From Camelus ferus (lineage: Eukaryota): a stretch of DNA of 64,000 nt. Both the position numbers and the translations under genes were made by a program. Shown piece by piece: positions 62,083 to 64,000 of the stretch; position 1 is the first letter of the stretch, and every line of letters starts with the position of its first letter. The stretch lies in the NCBI RefSeq assembly GCF_009834535.1, contig NC_045731.1, positions 14,384,001-14,448,000 on the forward strand, written 5' to 3'. Below the pieces are notes generated by a model, which did no database searches, was not told the origin of the DNA, and worked only from the letters and a program-made list of their open reading frames with translations.

Positions 62083-64000
62083 CAGTGACTCCGCACAGTG
62101 AAACAGAGGGCAGTGCGCGGATACCCGCCCCCTCTTACTTGCCAGCTCCTTCCTCCTTGGTTGGAAGAGGGAACAGAATAGAGGGCACTGCCATTCTTGA
62201 AGGCCAGGCATGAATTGTCACATACGTGGATCTTATTTAACACAATAATCCTGGCAGGCAGGTAAAAAGTTTAAAAAAAAAAAGTAAAAATATGACTTAA
62301 AAATAGGGCAGAAACATGGAGCGTGCTCAATGCCTTTATGACATACAGTTCCATCCAGCAACAGGCTTTCGGAACGCACGTCCCAGGACGTGAGGAGCGC
62401 GCACAGAAGTGAACGCCAGGCGATCTCACGCAGAACCCGGAGAGTCACGAAGCGCCCCTGAATCACTCAGAGGGAAACGCAGTCCCCTTTTAATTCTCCT
62501 TGGAGCCTTCTGACTGGGTCTAGAATAAAGTCTTCATTTCTGACTGGTCGCGTCCAGCCTCTCCAGCGTTTTCTAACCGTTCTTGTCACAGAGCGAGCAG
62601 GCCGCAGGCCAGCTTCAGAAATCTGCTCAGCACTTAATTCCACCGTGTTTATCTTTGTGCTTACCTTGCGCTTGGTGACAAACGACACGGATGTTCTTTT
62701 GAAAGCTCTGTAATATACCATTAACCTTGTGATTTACGTATGATTTTTAAAGCGACGAATTTTAGAGAAATATCAAGTAACGGTGGGGGGCGGTGTGCAG
62801 ATGGGGCAAGACATAACTGGAGTGAAGACCAGCGCCCGGAGGCTGGGACGGCCCACCGAGAGCGCAGAGGGAGACCCCAGATTGCCTCCCAGGTCAGGCA
62901 CACGGCCGAGCTTACAAGCGGCTTGTTTCCTCCAGTCCCGGTTCTCAGCTCCTTACTGGGAACTCCTTTCCACCCGTGCTTTACGTGGTGCTTAGTTTTC
63001 GCCGTCAGGCCCAGAAAGCCCTCGCAGAGACAGCGGAACTGGCATGTATTTGAAAGGAAAATCGTGCACCCTAACACTGCTACATAATGCTGGTAAGCAG
63101 GCAGAGCCGACAGCAAACTGAACGAAAGAAAAACCCTCATCCTCATTCTGCACGTGTGTTCGTGGGGAGGGGGTCCGATTTAACCGAGAGCGAGAGAGAG
63201 ATCGTGGGAACACCGCTGCGGTCAGTGGCGTGGTTTGCTGTATCTCATTTCAGCAGCACCGTTTAGTGCACATCTAAGTCCATCTCAAAACGCCACAGAA
63301 TTCTTTCAGGCCAAGGCTTAGCAACCAGAATAACCAGGGTGTCTTTTCAGTGGCTACTTTTTAGCTCATGTAAGGAACAAATGGGTTCCTAATGCGACAG
63401 AAGGAAAACAGGTGAGTGCAGTGGGGGTAAGAAAGAGAGAATAAAAGCTAATGGATTTTTTTTTTTTTTTGTAAATCAACTATACTTCAATAAACAAATT
63501 TTAAAATGGAGGAAAAAGCTAATGGGTTTTAAGCTTCAGGGCTCCTTACCTGCACCCCCCCCCCCCCGCAAAGCCTAATATTTATTCATATTGTCGTGTT
63601 CCTTTTGCACTTGTTTGTATTCTTCTTTGAACAACGACCCCTGACAAAGTTAATTCCACAAGTGGAGGCTGCCCCTGTGACCCGGCCCACATCCCAAATC
63701 CAGACCGAGGTCAGCCTGTGCTTGGGGGGGACACCTAACACAGCCCAGCCACAGTCCTCCAAGTCCACTTCCTCCAGCCCACCGTCCCCAGCAAGCGGGG
63801 CCCCCTCACCTTCTCAGGGACCCTCGACCCCCCAGCCAGCATGCCCGGCTGCCAAGTGGCCTCTTCTAGCCTCTTAGAACTCACTGTGGCCCCAAATCTG
63901 CTTATAAGGCACCGTTCTCCCCTAATCCATGGGCTGTTCCCCCCTTAAATAAAGGACATCAAACTGGTCACTAAATTGCTTTGGTTCTGTTATTTGATGC

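Noticed and set aside
61510-62105. Cluster of CACAGTG heptamers as V(D)J recombination signals
   Set aside because: The best case (61559) has a 12-bp spacer but a poor nonamer (gaaaaagac), and no V/D/J segments lie nearby.

Overview
Mammalian, repeat-rich, apparently intronic or intergenic DNA. It is most likely camelid (alpaca/llama/camel): two tRNA-derived SINEs end in the '...aaataaataaacctaattacc(t)cccc' tail typical of the camelid Vic-1 SINE, and many L1 3' ends are of cetartiodactyl type. I recognise no protein-coding gene or exon, and most ORF-track entries look spurious or repeat-derived. Content: about 8 ERV1-type solo LTRs (several with visible 4-5 bp TSDs), 3 MaLR (MLT1) LTRs, many MIR/L2 relics, about 8 truncated L1 3' ends, a MER20, a 168-N gap (14432-14599) and an orphan CpG-rich region near 31-32 kb. 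The most striking unexplained structure is two long inverted-repeat pairs that match no transposon I recognise. IR1 is 5967-6151 / 6892-7077 (~185 bp, ~92% identical, 740-bp loop). IR2 is 19311-19597 / 20517-20802 (~287 bp, ~83% identical, 919-bp loop). Both have short palindromes in their best-conserved cores, and the IR2 loop holds a strong splice-acceptor candidate. Repeat family names are by-eye recognition, not database hits, and most repeat boundaries are approximate.
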